Shown: positions 10,001-20,754 of the stretch, piece after piece
How the letters are laid out: each line of letters begins with the position of its first letter
Numbering within the stretch: position 1 is the stretch's first letter
From: Spirochaetia bacterium
GTDB taxonomy: Bacteria > Spirochaetota > Spirochaetia > SZUA-6 > Bin103
Assembly: GCA_965203905.1 (NCBI GenBank)
Contig: CBDBDQ010000005.1
Span: 2,400,001-2,464,000, forward strand
DNA length: 64,000 nucleotides
Direction: 5' to 3'
Translations under genes and position numbers: made by a program
Notes under the pieces: model-generated
Told to the model about the DNA's origin: nothing
Seen by the model: the letters and a program-made list of their open reading frames with translations, nothing else
Databases searched by the model: none

Positions 10001-11046
10001 TCGACTATGCGACTGGCGATCTGCTCGAGGCTGACCGTGAAGCGCTGGTCAACAGCGTCAACTGCGTCGGTGTCATGGGCCGGGGCGTCGCACTCGCCTT
10101 CAAGCGCAGGTTCCCGGCCAACTTCAAGGCCTACAAGGCAGCCTGCGACTGGGACGAGGTGGAGCCGGGGCACATGTTCGTCTTCGAGACCGATCAGTTG
10201 CAGCCCCGCTACATCATCAACTTCCCAACCAAGCGGCACTGGCGGGGCAGGAGCCGCCTCGGCGACATCAAAGCCGGGCTGTCGGCCCTCGTCGCAGAGA
10301 TCGAACAACGGCACATTCGTTCCATCGCGCTGCCGCCGCTCGGCTGCGGCCTCGGCGGTCTGGAATGGTCGCGGGTGAAGCCGCTGATCCATGCCGCGCT
10401 GGCACCGTTGTCCGGCGTCGACACGCTAGTGTTCGAGCCCAACGCGACGTCCGCGTCCGTGCCTGCGCCCGCGGCCCCAACACCACCGGCCATTACGCCG
10501 GGACGCGCCGCCCTGCTTGGACTAATGCACCGTTACCTGGCCGGACTGGCAGAGCCGTTCGTGACGCTGCTTGAATTACACAAGCTGATGTACTTCATGC
10601 AGGAAGCAGGCGAGCCGCTGAGCCTGCGTTACGAAAAGGAGTGGTATGGTCCATATGCGAAGAACCTCCGACATGTGGTGGACACGCTCGACGGCCATTA
10701 CCTTACCGGAGAGGGTGCCGGTGGGGGTGACAAGCCGGACCAACCGCTGTTTCTCATGCCCGGGGCAACGGCGAAGGCGCTGGCATACCTCGCCGACTAT
10801 CCGGAGTCCCGCGCCCGGTTCGATCGCGTCGCCGAGCTGGTGGAGGGGTTCGAGTCACCGTCCGGCCTCGAGTTGCTCGCCACGGTGCACTGGGTCGTCA
10901 CAGAGATTGGCTCGTCTAGTGCGCGCGAAGTGACGCGTGCAACCTACGCCTGGAACAAACGCAAGAGGCGATTCTCGAAAGAGAATATCGTGCTGGCACG
11001 CGACAGGTTGCGCGATCGCGGCTGGATCGAGAGTCTCAGCGAATAG
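9997..11046 (+). CDS. darG: DarG macrodomain DNA ADP-ribosyl glycohydrolase antitoxin
   Basis: GDLL, ALVNSVNCVGVMGRGVA, IINFPTKRHWR, SIALPPLGCGLGGL; C-terminal HKLMYF..YGPY..LELLATV domain. Confidence 0.93.
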   Translation: MIDYATGDLLEADREALVNSVNCVGVMGRGVALAFKRRFPANFKAYKAACDWDEVEPGHMFVFETDQLQPRYIINFPTKRHWRGRSRLGDIKAGLSALVAEIEQRHIRSIALPPLGCGLGGLEWSRVKPLIHAALAPLSGVDTLVFEPNATSASVPAPAAPTPPAITPGRAALLGLMHRYLAGLAEPFVTLLELHKLMYFMQEAGEPLSLRYEKEWYGPYAKNLRHVVDTLDGHYLTGEGAGGGDKPDQPLFLMPGATAKALAYLADYPESRARFDRVAELVEGFESPSGLELLATVHWVVTEIGSSSAREVTRATYAWNKRKRRFSKENIVLARDRLRDRGWIESLSE

Positions 11047-11084
11047 GCCGTGCCAGTGCCCGGCGCGGAAGGGATGTGACGCGG

Positions 11085-12539
11085 ATGACCGTTCCCCATG
11101 CCGGCGGCGTCAGCGGGGCCAATGCGGCGGGGACGCCCCGCACCAGGCCGCACGTGCTGATCGTGGTGCTCGACCAGTTGCGGGCGGACTCGCTCGGCTG
11201 CGCCGAGCACCCGGTGATCAGGACCCCGGCCATCGACGGCATCGCGGCCCAGGGGCTGCGGTTCACCGGCGTGCACACCGTGTCGCCGGTGTGCCAGCCG
11301 GCGCGCGTCTCCTTCGTCACCGGCCGCTACCCGCACAACCACGGCATCTGGCACAACCGCGGCGAGTTGCCGGTGAACTACCCCACTTTCTTCACCGCGC
11401 TGCGCGACGCGGGGTACACGACGGCGACGGTTGGCAAGTCGCACCTGTGGAGCCATCGGCGGGTGGCGCACCTCCGCGAGGGCGAGCCCTACCTGCGGGC
11501 GCTCGGGTTCGACACGATCGACGAGGTCGGCGGCCCGCGGGGAACCTGCGCCACCGAGTCCGGTTACTCCGACTACCTGCGCGAGAAGGGGCTGTTCGAG
11601 CTGTTCGTGTTCGACACCAAGGAGCGCGTGGCCGACCCCACCATCACGCGGGCGGCGCCGTTCGACGAGGCCGATCACATGGACGGCTACGTCGGCCGGC
11701 GCGCGGTGCAGTGTGTCGACACCTTCCCGGATGACCGCCCGACCTGTCTGTTCGTGAACTTCCCCGGTCCGCACGATCCCTGGGACGCGCCCGGCCGCTA
11801 TGCGACCAGGTACGACCCGGCCAGCTCACCGCTCCCGATCCCCGTTCCGGACCGACCGCGAACCCTGCCCGACCATGCCGCCGCGAAGCTCGACTTCCAG
11901 CCGGACTCGGGGCTGACCCCCGAGGTGATCGCCGCGATTCGCGCCAACTATGGCGGCAAGGTGAGCTTCGTCGACGACTGGTGCCGGCGCATCTTCGACG
12001 CCTACGCGGCCCGCGGCTGGCTCGACGACCTGCTGGTGATCATTACCTCCGACCATGGCGAGATGGCCGGCGATCACGGCCGGGTATACAAGCGCACCTT
12101 TCACGAATCGGCGTTGCGGGTGCCGCTCATCCTGCGCTGGCCCGGGCGGATCCCCGGCGGAACTCGCGACGCGCTGGTCGAGAACATCGACATCCTGCCG
12201 ACGCTGCTGGAGGCGATCGGCGTGCCGCAGCCGCCCATGTCCCTCGGCCGGTCGTTGCTGCCGGTGGTCGCCAACCTGCAGGCGCAGCACCGCTCCGACC
12301 TGTTGAGCGAGATCTACTACGGCGGCTCGCGCAACGTGATGCTCAAGACCGCGCGCCACAAGTACGTCATCGACCAGGAGGGCCGCGGCTACATGCTGTA
12401 CGACCTCGACCGGGACCCGGACGAGCAGTACAACCTGGTCGGCGCGCCGGAGGCGCGAGCACTCGAGCAGGCCATGCGTGACGCGCTGCTCGTGCGGCTG
12501 GCCGCGTCGGCGTACGTCATCGACAGCGTCAACCTGTAG
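11085..12539 (+). CDS. Formylglycine-dependent sulfatase (S1)
   Basis: DQLRAD, CQPAR (CxPxR), GKSH, PHDP, SDHGEM, LYDLDRDPDE. Confidence 0.95.
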   Translation: MTVPHAGGVSGANAAGTPRTRPHVLIVVLDQLRADSLGCAEHPVIRTPAIDGIAAQGLRFTGVHTVSPVCQPARVSFVTGRYPHNHGIWHNRGELPVNYPTFFTALRDAGYTTATVGKSHLWSHRRVAHLREGEPYLRALGFDTIDEVGGPRGTCATESGYSDYLREKGLFELFVFDTKERVADPTITRAAPFDEADHMDGYVGRRAVQCVDTFPDDRPTCLFVNFPGPHDPWDAPGRYATRYDPASSPLPIPVPDRPRTLPDHAAAKLDFQPDSGLTPEVIAAIRANYGGKVSFVDDWCRRIFDAYAARGWLDDLLVIITSDHGEMAGDHGRVYKRTFHESALRVPLILRWPGRIPGGTRDALVENIDILPTLLEAIGVPQPPMSLGRSLLPVVANLQAQHRSDLLSEIYYGGSRNVMLKTARHKYVIDQEGRGYMLYDLDRDPDEQYNLVGAPEARALEQAMRDALLVRLAASAYVIDSVNL

Positions 12540-12590
12540 GGCCGCGGCGTCGTGGTGGCCGCGCCCCGCCGCATCCGCTACGGGTTCTGC

Positions 12591-13697
12591 TTATACCTCG
12601 AACCAGGTGCCCTGGATGCAGGTCACGCCATCGCGGTCCTCGCCGTAGTAGGCGGTGAACAGCTTGCCGGGCTGGTACTCGATCGCCGCGGGGTAGCCGA
12701 GGTTTCCGTTGGGCAGGTCGGCGCGGATCACGATCTCGTCGCTCCACGACGCCCCGTCGTCGGCGCTGACGATGGCGCGGATTCCGAACGGCGCGCGGCG
12801 CCGCCCGTAGACGATGACGACGCGGCCGTCGGCCAGCGCCACGCAGTGGCTGGGGAAGCCCCACACCGGCAACTCGCGCGGCAGCTCCCAGGTGGCGCCG
12901 CCGTCGCGCGATGCGCTCAGGTGGACGTGGCCGTGGTTCTCCTCGCGCGACGCCACCAGGATGGTGCCGGACGCGGTTTGCGCCGCCGACGGCTCGGAGA
13001 AGATCAGCCCTTGCTTGCGGGCCACCTCCACTGGTGCGCCCCAACTGCGCCCGCGGTCGCGCGAGCGGACGCAGAACGAGGCTTCCAGCGGACAGTGGTC
13101 GTGACTGCCGAGCGCCAGCAGCAGGTCGCCGCCTGCCAGTTCCAGCGCGCCCTTGGGGCTGAACGCTCCCTGGTAGGGGGCGATGGCCACCTCCGCGGTG
13201 TGCTCCCAGGTGCGCCCGCCGTCGCTGCTGACGTGCACCCAGGCGCCGCCCTCGGCGCGGGCGTAGGGGTGCGGGTGGCGCTGCCAGTCCGCCTCGCTCG
13301 CCGCCTTCTGCCAGCGCCGCTCCGTGCGCACGAAGATCTCACGCTCGCCGCGCGCCGCCAGCGCTTGCGCCTGCTCCAGCGGATACCACAGGAAACGCCA
13401 CTGGTTGAGCAGCACCTCGCCGCTGGAGAGGGCGCTGATGCCGGGCACCTCCACGCCGTGCCAGTCGTAGCCGGGAGCCACCCGCGGCGCCTCCCAGGTC
13501 GCGCCCTGGTCGCGGGAGCGGGTGATGAAGTTGAGAAACTGCGGATCGCTGGGCGGATGCATGTGAGGGACCCGCTCCAGGCTCTGGGCGAAGGCGACCA
13601 GCCAGTCGCCGTCCGGCAGGCGCGCAATGCACGCGTGCGACGAGTAGGCGTGCTGCGCCTTGTAGATGATGATGGTGCGACCGACGGTGGCTTGCAT
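12591..13697 (-). CDS. BNR/Asp-box repeat sialidase-family beta-propeller protein
   Basis: Five Asp boxes (SRDQGATW, SSDGGRTW, SRDRGRSW, SRDGGATW, SADDGASW), LGYP; AAGGAGG RBS. Confidence 0.88.
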   Translation of the reverse strand: MQATVGRTIIIYKAQHAYSSHACIARLPDGDWLVAFAQSLERVPHMHPPSDPQFLNFITRSRDQGATWEAPRVAPGYDWHGVEVPGISALSSGEVLLNQWRFLWYPLEQAQALAARGEREIFVRTERRWQKAASEADWQRHPHPYARAEGGAWVHVSSDGGRTWEHTAEVAIAPYQGAFSPKGALELAGGDLLLALGSHDHCPLEASFCVRSRDRGRSWGAPVEVARKQGLIFSEPSAAQTASGTILVASREENHGHVHLSASRDGGATWELPRELPVWGFPSHCVALADGRVVIVYGRRRAPFGIRAIVSADDGASWSDEIVIRADLPNGNLGYPAAIEYQPGKLFTAYYGEDRDGVTCIQGTWFEV

Positions 13698-13754
13698 CCG
13701 AGCCTCCTTCGCGGGATACCGGGTTCGTCGCCTTGAGTGTAACCTCGAAAGGTC

Positions 13755-13916
13755 ATGGAGCGCATCACCATCTCTCGCGACGACGACCTCTACGAGGCGT
13801 TCGCGGACATCGCACAGACTCCCGACGGCATGCTCGCGGTGACGTATCGCGAGAGCCTGCGCCACGGCCCGCAGCCGTTCTCACGGGTGGTGGTGCGTAC
13901 GAAGGAGCGGACTTGA
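13755..13916 (+). pseudogene. N-terminal fragment of a second sialidase-family gene
   Basis: MERITISRDDDLYEAFADIAQTPDGMLAVTYRES...RVVVRT, then a stop where the first Asp box would be expected; below the ORF-track length cutoff. Confidence 0.55.
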
Positions 13917-13998
13917 TTAGATCAGATTGGACCAGCCGGCCGCTTCCCACACTTGATTCACGTCGCCGGACCGCGCTACCCACGCCAGCGGACGGGCG

Positions 13999-15027
13999 CT
14001 ACGCGGCGGCGAAGATGAGGGCCAGCTCGGCCATGCGGTGGCTGAAGCCCATCTCGTTGTCGTAGAAGCTGGTGAGCTTGACCAGGGAGCAGCAGCCGTC
14101 GACCGGCACCACCAGCGGGCTGTCCGAGACCATCGACGAGAACGGCTCGCCGACGCAGTCGCGGGAGCACTCGTAGTAGTCGTTGACGGTGATCACCTGG
14201 CCGAGCAGGGTGGAGTCGTTGATCTTGCCGGCGTTGGCGCCCAGGGCGGCGACCAGCTCCTCCTTGGAGGGGGTGCCGTCGATCTGGTAGACCGCCTCCA
14301 CCACGCTGCCGGTGTCGGTGGGCACCCGCAGGGCGGTGCCGTTGAGCTTGCCGTTGAGGTGCGGCAGCACCTTGCCGACGGCGACCGCGGCTCCGGTGCT
14401 GGCCGGGATCACGTTGTTGAGGGTGGCGCGGTTCTTGCCGCCGCCGAAGGTGTCGGCCACTTTCTGGGTGGCGGTGGCGGCGTGGGTGGTGCTCATCAGG
14501 CCGCCCTTGACCGGGTAGCTCATGTCGACGGCGCGGGTCATTGGCGCCAGGCAGTTGGTGGTGCAGCTCGCGTTGGAGACGATCTTGTGCTCGGGGGAGA
14601 GAAGGTCGTGGTTGACGCCCACCACCACGGTGTCGGTGTCGTCGTTGCAGGGCGCGGAGACGATCACGCGCTTGGCACCGCCCTCGAGGTGGGCTCCGGC
14701 CTTCTCGGTGGTCAGGTAGAAGCCGGTGCACTCGAACACGATGTCCACGCCGTGGTCGCCCCACGGTACGTTGGCGGCGTCCATCTCGGCGTAGATGGTC
14801 AGCTCGTGGTCGCCGACGCGGATCTTGTTGTCGGCGGTCTGCTCCACCGCGGCGGGAAAGCGGCCGTACACCGCGTCCTTCGGCAGGCTGGCGGCGATGT
14901 CGGCGGTGGGCACCAGGTCGTTGCCGGCCACGATCTCGAAGCGGTCGTTCAGCTTCGAGACGATCACCCGCATCACGTTCTTGCCGATGCGGCCCATGCC
15001 GTTGAATCCTACGCGTACTTTGCTCAT
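13999..15027 (-). CDS. gap: Type I glyceraldehyde-3-phosphate dehydrogenase
   Basis: GFNGMGRIG, ECTG, SNASCTTNCLAP, STGAA, RVPT, YDNE; AAGGAG RBS. Confidence 0.93.
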   Translation of the reverse strand: MSKVRVGFNGMGRIGKNVMRVIVSKLNDRFEIVAGNDLVPTADIAASLPKDAVYGRFPAAVEQTADNKIRVGDHELTIYAEMDAANVPWGDHGVDIVFECTGFYLTTEKAGAHLEGGAKRVIVSAPCNDDTDTVVVGVNHDLLSPEHKIVSNASCTTNCLAPMTRAVDMSYPVKGGLMSTTHAATATQKVADTFGGGKNRATLNNVIPASTGAAVAVGKVLPHLNGKLNGTALRVPTDTGSVVEAVYQIDGTPSKEELVAALGANAGKINDSTLLGQVITVNDYYECSRDCVGEPFSSMVSDSPLVVPVDGCCSLVKLTSFYDNEMGFSHRMAELALIFAAA

Positions 15028-15234
15028 GGTGTCGATTTCTCCTTGTGGTGCGGCGCACTCGCCGAGCGGCACTACCCGTTCACCGGCAGGTAGCGGACCG
15101 GAGCCCGCCGCCCATGTGGGCCGTCACCGGGCAGTGCCGCCCCTTATATAGTCGGCCGCGCTGCTTGCCGTCAATGTTGGACCAACGCGCGTGGGGTTGC
15201 CGGAGGCCGCGCGGGGGTTTAGCTTGGCCCCGCC

Positions 15235-16728
15235 ATGCGCAGGTTCGTCTTGGCCCTCGACCAGGGTACCACCAGTTCGCGGGCGCTGCTGTTCGACGCC
15301 GCGGGAGCGGTGGTGGCCGTGGCGCAGCAGGAGTTCCGCCAGCACTTCCCCAAGGCCGGCTGGGTGGAGCACGACCCCGAGGAGATCCTCGCCAGCCAGG
15401 TTGCGGTGGCGCGCGAGGCGGTCGCGGCGGCCGGCGCCACCGCGGCGGAGGTGGCCGCGGTGGGCATCGCCAACCAGCGCGAAACCACCGTGGTGTGGGA
15501 CCGGCGCAGCGGCGCCCCAATCCACCCCGCCATCGTGTGGCAGGACCGCCGTACCAGCGCCATGGTGGAGCGGCTGGCCGCCGCCGGGCACGGGGACCTG
15601 TTCCACACCCGCGCCGGCCTGGTTCTGGACGCCTACTTCTCCGGCACCAAGCTGGCCTGGATCCTGGACCACGTGCCGGACGCACGGCGCCGCGCCGAAG
15701 CCGGCGAGCTGGCGTTCGGCACCGTGGACAGTTGGCTGGCGTTTCGCCTCAGTGGCGGCGAACTGCACCTGACCGACGCCAGCAACGCCAGCCGCACCCT
15801 GCTCTACGACATCCATCGCGGCCGCTGGGACCAGGAACTGCTGGGGCTGCTGGAGGTGCCGGCGGCGGTGCTGCCGGAAGTGCGCGACTCCTCCGCGGTC
15901 TACGGCGAGCTGAGCGGGCTGCTGGAGGAGCCGGTGCCGCTGGCCGGCATTGCCGGCGACCAGCAGGCGGCCTCGGTCGGCCAGGCCCTGTTCGCGCCGG
16001 GGCTGGCCAAGAACACCTACGGCACGGGCTGCTTCCTGCTGGCCCACACCGGCACGGCGGCCCCGCGCTCGGCCAACCGGCTGCTTACCACCGTGGCGTC
16101 GCAACTGGCCGGCCGACGGGAGTATGCCCTGGAGGGCAGCGTGTTCATCGGCGGCGCGGTGGTGCAGTGGCTGCGCGACGGCCTGGGACTGATCGCGAGC
16201 GCCGCCGAGGTGGAGCGGTTGGCGGCGTCGGTGCCGGACACCGGCGGCGTGTACCTGGTGCCGGCGTTCGCCGGCCTGGGCGCGCCCCACTGGGACCAGG
16301 AGGCACGCGGCACGGTGACCGGCCTGACCCGCGGCTCCACCGCTGCCCACCTGGCGCGCGCGGCGCTGGAGGCGATCGCCTGCCAGGTGGTGGACGTGGT
16401 GCGCGCCATGGAGCGCGACCTGGGCGCCCCGCTGCACGAGCTGCGGGTGGACGGCGGCGCCGCGGCCAACGACCTGCTGCTGCAACTCCAGGCCGACCTG
16501 CTCGACCTGCCGGTGGTGCGGCCGGTGAACCTGGAGACGACCGCCTGGGGCGCGGCACTGCTGGCGGGGCTGGCGGTCGGGCTGTGGCCCGACCGCTCGG
16601 CGGCGGCCGACCTGTGGCGCGCCGAGCGGCGCTTCGAGCCGCGCATGGACGCGGCCACCAGGGAGCACCTGCTGGCGGGCTGGGCGGAAGCCGTGCAGCG
16701 CACCCGCTCCGGGCACCGCCGCGACTGA
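15235..16728 (+). CDS. glpK: Glycerol kinase
   Basis: [42 protein letters not shown]. Confidence 0.97.
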   Translation: MRRFVLALDQGTTSSRALLFDAAGAVVAVAQQEFRQHFPKAGWVEHDPEEILASQVAVAREAVAAAGATAAEVAAVGIANQRETTVVWDRRSGAPIHPAIVWQDRRTSAMVERLAAAGHGDLFHTRAGLVLDAYFSGTKLAWILDHVPDARRRAEAGELAFGTVDSWLAFRLSGGELHLTDASNASRTLLYDIHRGRWDQELLGLLEVPAAVLPEVRDSSAVYGELSGLLEEPVPLAGIAGDQQAASVGQALFAPGLAKNTYGTGCFLLAHTGTAAPRSANRLLTTVASQLAGRREYALEGSVFIGGAVVQWLRDGLGLIASAAEVERLAASVPDTGGVYLVPAFAGLGAPHWDQEARGTVTGLTRGSTAAHLARAALEAIACQVVDVVRAMERDLGAPLHELRVDGGAAANDLLLQLQADLLDLPVVRPVNLETTAWGAALLAGLAVGLWPDRSAAADLWRAERRFEPRMDAATREHLLAGWAEAVQRTRSGHRRD

Positions 16729-16734
16729 GCGCGG

Positions 16735-18417
16735 ATGACGCGGGCCGGCCATCTGCGGCGGCTGCAGGAGGAACGCTTCGACCTGCTGGTGATCGGCGGC
16801 GGGGCGACCGGCTGCGGCAGCGCCCTCGACGCCGCCACCCGTGGACTGCGCGTGGCGCTGGTGGAGCGCGGCGACTTCGCCGGCGGCACCAGCAGCCGCA
16901 GCACCAAGCTGGTGCACGGCGGGGTGCGCTACCTGGAGCAGGCGGTCAGGCGCATCGACCGGTCTCAGTTCCGGCTGGTGCGGGAGGCGCTGCGGGAGCG
17001 TGCGGCGCTGCTGGAGCTGGCCCCGCACCTGGTGCACGAGCTGGCGATCTTCGTGCCCCTCTACCAGTTGCGCCAGCAACCCTACTACCGCATCGGCCTC
17101 AACCTGTACGACCGCCTGGCGGGCCGCTACGCGCTGCGCCGTTCCGAGTTCGTGCCGCGCGAGCAGGCGCACGAGCGGTTCCCCTACCTGCGCGAGCAGG
17201 TACGTGGCCAGGGACCGCCACGCCACCTGCGCGGCGGAGTGATTTACTACGACGCCCAGTTCGACGACGCGCGCATGAACCTGGCGCTGGCCCTGACCGC
17301 GGCCCATCACGGCGCGGCGCTGGCCAACTACGTGGCCGTCGAGGGACTGGTGAAGGACGCCGCCGGCCGGCTCACGGGCGCCATTGTGCGCGACCGCCTC
17401 GACGGTGCCGAGTGGGAGCTGCGGGCGCGGGTGGTGCTGAACGCGGCCGGGCCCTACGTGGACGAGCTGCGCCGCCTGGACGATCCCGGCGGCACCCCGC
17501 TGCTGCGCGTCAGCGCGGGGTCCCACCTGGTGCTTGGAGAGCGCTTTCCCGCCCCCGACACCGGCTTCCTGATTCCCCGTACGGAGGACGGCCGGGTGAT
17601 TTTCGTGCTGCCCTGGCACGGGCAGCTCCTGGCGGGCACCACGGAGGTGGACGCGCAGGTGACCGACGAGCCGCTGCCGGCGCGGCAGGAGGTGAGCTAC
17701 CTGCTGACGCACCTGCGCAACTACCTGAACCTGCCGGCGGGGCCCGGCGACGTGATGGCGGCATGGTCGGGGCTGCGCCCGCTGATCGCCGCCCCACCAC
17801 GGCGCGTGGCCGGCGGCCGCCGTCAGCGCCGGGACACCGCGGCACTGACCCGCGACCACTTCCTGAGCACCAGCCGCAGCGGGCTGATCACCGTCGCCGG
17901 CGGCAAATGGACGACTTACCGGGTGATGGCCGTGCACGCCGTGAACCGCGTCGTGGAGGCGGGCGGCCTGGCGCCGCGGCGCACGTCGCAGACCCGCAGC
18001 ACGCCGTTGCTCGGCGCGGTCGGCTACCGCCCGGACGCCGCCGGCCTGCAGCGCCGGTACCACCTGGCCGCCGACGTCGCCGGTCACCTCGACCGGGCAT
18101 TCGGCGACCGCGCCCACCTGGTGGCGCAGCTGGCGGGCGCCGGGTTCGGCTCCCGGCTGGCGCCGCGCCATCCCTACCTGGAGGCCGAGGTGGTGTACGC
18201 GGCGCGCCACGAGGCGGCCTGCACCGTGGACGACGTGCTGGCTCGGCGCACCCGGCTGGCGTTCGTCGACAACGTGGCGGCCCTGGCCAGCGTGCCGCGG
18301 GTGGCGCAGCTGCTGGCCGCGGAGCTGGGTTGGAGCGCCGCCGAGCGCCGGCGTCACGCGGACGCCGCCAGGGCCCGCCTGGAGACTGCACAGGCGATCG
18401 TCGACGGCGTCGAGTAG
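16735..18417 (+). CDS. glpD: FAD-dependent glycerol-3-phosphate dehydrogenase
   Basis: GGGATG, GTSSRSTKLVHGGVRYL, GGKWTTYR, DVLARRTRL; follows glpK. Confidence 0.95.
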   Translation: MTRAGHLRRLQEERFDLLVIGGGATGCGSALDAATRGLRVALVERGDFAGGTSSRSTKLVHGGVRYLEQAVRRIDRSQFRLVREALRERAALLELAPHLVHELAIFVPLYQLRQQPYYRIGLNLYDRLAGRYALRRSEFVPREQAHERFPYLREQVRGQGPPRHLRGGVIYYDAQFDDARMNLALALTAAHHGAALANYVAVEGLVKDAAGRLTGAIVRDRLDGAEWELRARVVLNAAGPYVDELRRLDDPGGTPLLRVSAGSHLVLGERFPAPDTGFLIPRTEDGRVIFVLPWHGQLLAGTTEVDAQVTDEPLPARQEVSYLLTHLRNYLNLPAGPGDVMAAWSGLRPLIAAPPRRVAGGRRQRRDTAALTRDHFLSTSRSGLITVAGGKWTTYRVMAVHAVNRVVEAGGLAPRRTSQTRSTPLLGAVGYRPDAAGLQRRYHLAADVAGHLDRAFGDRAHLVAQLAGAGFGSRLAPRHPYLEAEVVYAARHEAACTVDDVLARRTRLAFVDNVAALASVPRVAQLLAAELGWSAAERRRHADAARARLETAQAIVDGVE

Positions 18418-18455
18418 TGCCTTTCGCTGCGCCAATACGCGTAATCGGCAATACT

Positions 18456-19859
18456 TCAGTACCGTATATCGACAAACATAGCCATTCGTCCCGGACAGGG
18501 ATACCCGTATTTGTCTTTGTGAGGATTCAGACGGGTAGTGCGCTTCTTACGCCTGAAGCGTTTGCCACAATAAGTACACTCATAGATGTGATGTGGGCCG
18601 CTTCCTGATCGCGCTGCGCGTGTTCGGCGGCGCTGCCGCGTCGGTGCTGCCGCTCGAGCCGCGGCGGGCGGAACTGCGATCGGGTTCCGCGGACTCAACT
18701 CCACGACGTAACGCGGGACAAAGCTCCGTCCAGTAATCTTTGCGCCTTCAATACGGTCAATGCGGTAGCTCCGGTGCTCTCCATCAGAGTTTCGGATTGC
18801 GTGCAGGACGATATTTCCATCGCGGGTGCGTCGTAGAGAATACGGTTCAATCCGTCGAACTGAGCTCTGGTAGCGTAAGTCGACGCACACATGGTTGGCG
18901 GCCGCAAAGCGAATGATCTCCAGGAATGACCGTGCGGCCGTGGCCACCGGCAGCCGTAGTGTACGCTCTCTTAGGACGGTTTCTCCCGCCGCTATCTCGT
19001 AGACTTCCGGTTCGCTAGGGGCAACGCCAGTGTGCAGCCATGCAAAGAAATCAGGGAGCTCGTTCCAGAACGATTCGACCGGCAGTAGAGCCTGAAGCTG
19101 ATGACCCAGCATGGATCCCAAGAACCTTCAAGATCGCCTTTACGTCTCTCTAGTTCCGTAAGCGTTGGAATAAGGATGTCGCGATGCCTACACTTTTGGT
19201 GTAGTACATCGTGCAGTACAGCGGGCTGCGGGCGTGCCTCGGTATTCCGATAGAGATTGACCACATCGTAGAGATCGCGCGGCCGTGCACGGTCACCCAA
19301 TGCGCGGACCTTTGGCCGAAGGCTTCCTCATAGGCGTAGCAACGGACTCTGATGCCCTCTTCGGGCGCATCGCTGTAGTCGTGAAAGATGACTCGTTGCA
19401 GCGGTGGGAGTACAAGAATTTCGTCAGCCGTAAGATCCAGTTTGATACGCGGGAGACCACCTGACCGCGGAGCGATCGGCCCTTGATAGCTGAGTTGCCC
19501 TGACAGGAGAACGTGCCACGCGTGTTTTCGAAGATTTCGAAGTCCTGCAAGTCTGCCGGAATCTCGATGCCAGTATGATCGTATATCCATTCTCCGATTT
19601 CGCGGAATACGGGACGAAGGAACTCCTGATCGACGTGGGAAGGTTCGGTGAGTGTAAAATCAAGATCTTCGGAGAACCGATAGGTTTCAAAATAGCATTT
19701 CTTGAGACATGTCCCGCCCTTGAAGATCCAGGTATCAGTAAGTGCGGGATGCTGATGGATGCCGGCAAGAACCCAGCCAAGTACATAGTCCTTTTCGATG
19801 ATCTGAGGGCGTAACCCAAGCGTATTCGCTGCACTGAGGATTTCGCCGCGGCCAATCAT
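18456..19859 (-). pseudogene. abiEii: AbiEii/AbiGii nucleotidyltransferase toxin fused to WYL domain and Zn-finger-like tail; three frameshifts
   Basis: IEKDY, FKGGTCLKKCY, RFSEDLDF (19859-19500); IKLDL..Y (19500-19315); RARPRDLYD (19315-19115); RRIEPYSL..RSYRIDRI and CTYC..H..C (19115-18456). Confidence 0.85.
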
Positions 19860-19870
19860 CGAGAAGCCAC

Positions 19871-20656
19871 CTACGTCCAGCTCTCAGGTACCAGAAGGCG
19901 CCAACGGGAAACAAGACGACCGCAGGTGAGCGCTCGATCAAGCTTGGCGTTACCTTGGGTCAGATGCGCCCGGCACGCCTGGACAAGTCTAGCAGTGTTT
20001 GCTCTCCGTTCTGCCAGGAATCCCAGACGCTTGAATACGGCGCCATTGCCGAGCATCCCTGCATAATCTATTAGCTTGGCATCATCTCTGTCGTTGCGGC
20101 TGAAGTAGCTCACAACGCAGTCAGATACGTGCTGGATACCGGCTCCGACTTCCGGATCGTCGAGCATGTCGATGATGGTACGGTGAACGTCGGAAATCGC
20201 GATTCGAGTTCTTCCACGCCAGACGTTCTTGGTGCCGAAGATATTGGTCTCTTGAACGTGTTTCAGCGTGAAGTGTGCTCCGTGGCGTAGCAGCCTCTTC
20301 GCACGAACGGCCCGCGCCGTCATTACGACGATGTCACGAAAGATCTGGTCCGTCAGGCTCCAGTGTTCCGCTGCAGCGCGTCCGCCGATGTAGGCAGGTC
20401 CGAAGAGAACCGGCACCAGCACCCAGGGGTCATCGAGAACCAATTCGCTGGCCAGCGAATCAAGGCCGACGGGCGCGTAGCAGCCCGGTCCAACGCGTCG
20501 CAGCCAGCCCTGCCGAAACCACCGGGAGAGTAGCTTCGATGCGTCGGAACGGCTCACGTCCAGTGCTCGTTCGGCATCATCGATTTGGATGATATCGCCG
20601 GCTGCCCGAACAACGGCAGCCAGTCTAAGGCGACCCTTCGGTATGGGGGGGCTCAT
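19871..20656 (-). CDS. abiEi: AbiEi type IV TA antitoxin / transcriptional regulator
   Basis: N-terminal wHTH (GWLRRVGPGCY), YIGGRAAAEHWSLTDQI, ISDVHRTIID, KRLGFL; directly upstream of abiEii. Confidence 0.9.
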   Translation of the reverse strand: MSPPIPKGRLRLAAVVRAAGDIIQIDDAERALDVSRSDASKLLSRWFRQGWLRRVGPGCYAPVGLDSLASELVLDDPWVLVPVLFGPAYIGGRAAAEHWSLTDQIFRDIVVMTARAVRAKRLLRHGAHFTLKHVQETNIFGTKNVWRGRTRIAISDVHRTIIDMLDDPEVGAGIQHVSDCVVSYFSRNDRDDAKLIDYAGMLGNGAVFKRLGFLAERRANTARLVQACRAHLTQGNAKLDRALTCGRLVSRWRLLVPESWT

Positions 20657-20754
20657 GATTCAGTATCGGGACTCCAATAATTCGCTGTTTTCAGGAAGTT
20701 TAGCAAGCATAATATACACTATCGAGACCTCGTAAGGTACTTAAGTAAAGCATT

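Noticed and set aside
15045-18608. Very long alternative-frame and antisense ORFs (1187 aa, 1103 aa) over glpK-glpD, and similar ones at 23914-26121, 43064-46051 and 51967-53994
   Set aside because: Arg/Gly/Ala/Pro-rich shadow ORFs expected in high-GC DNA; they have no motifs and overlap clear genes
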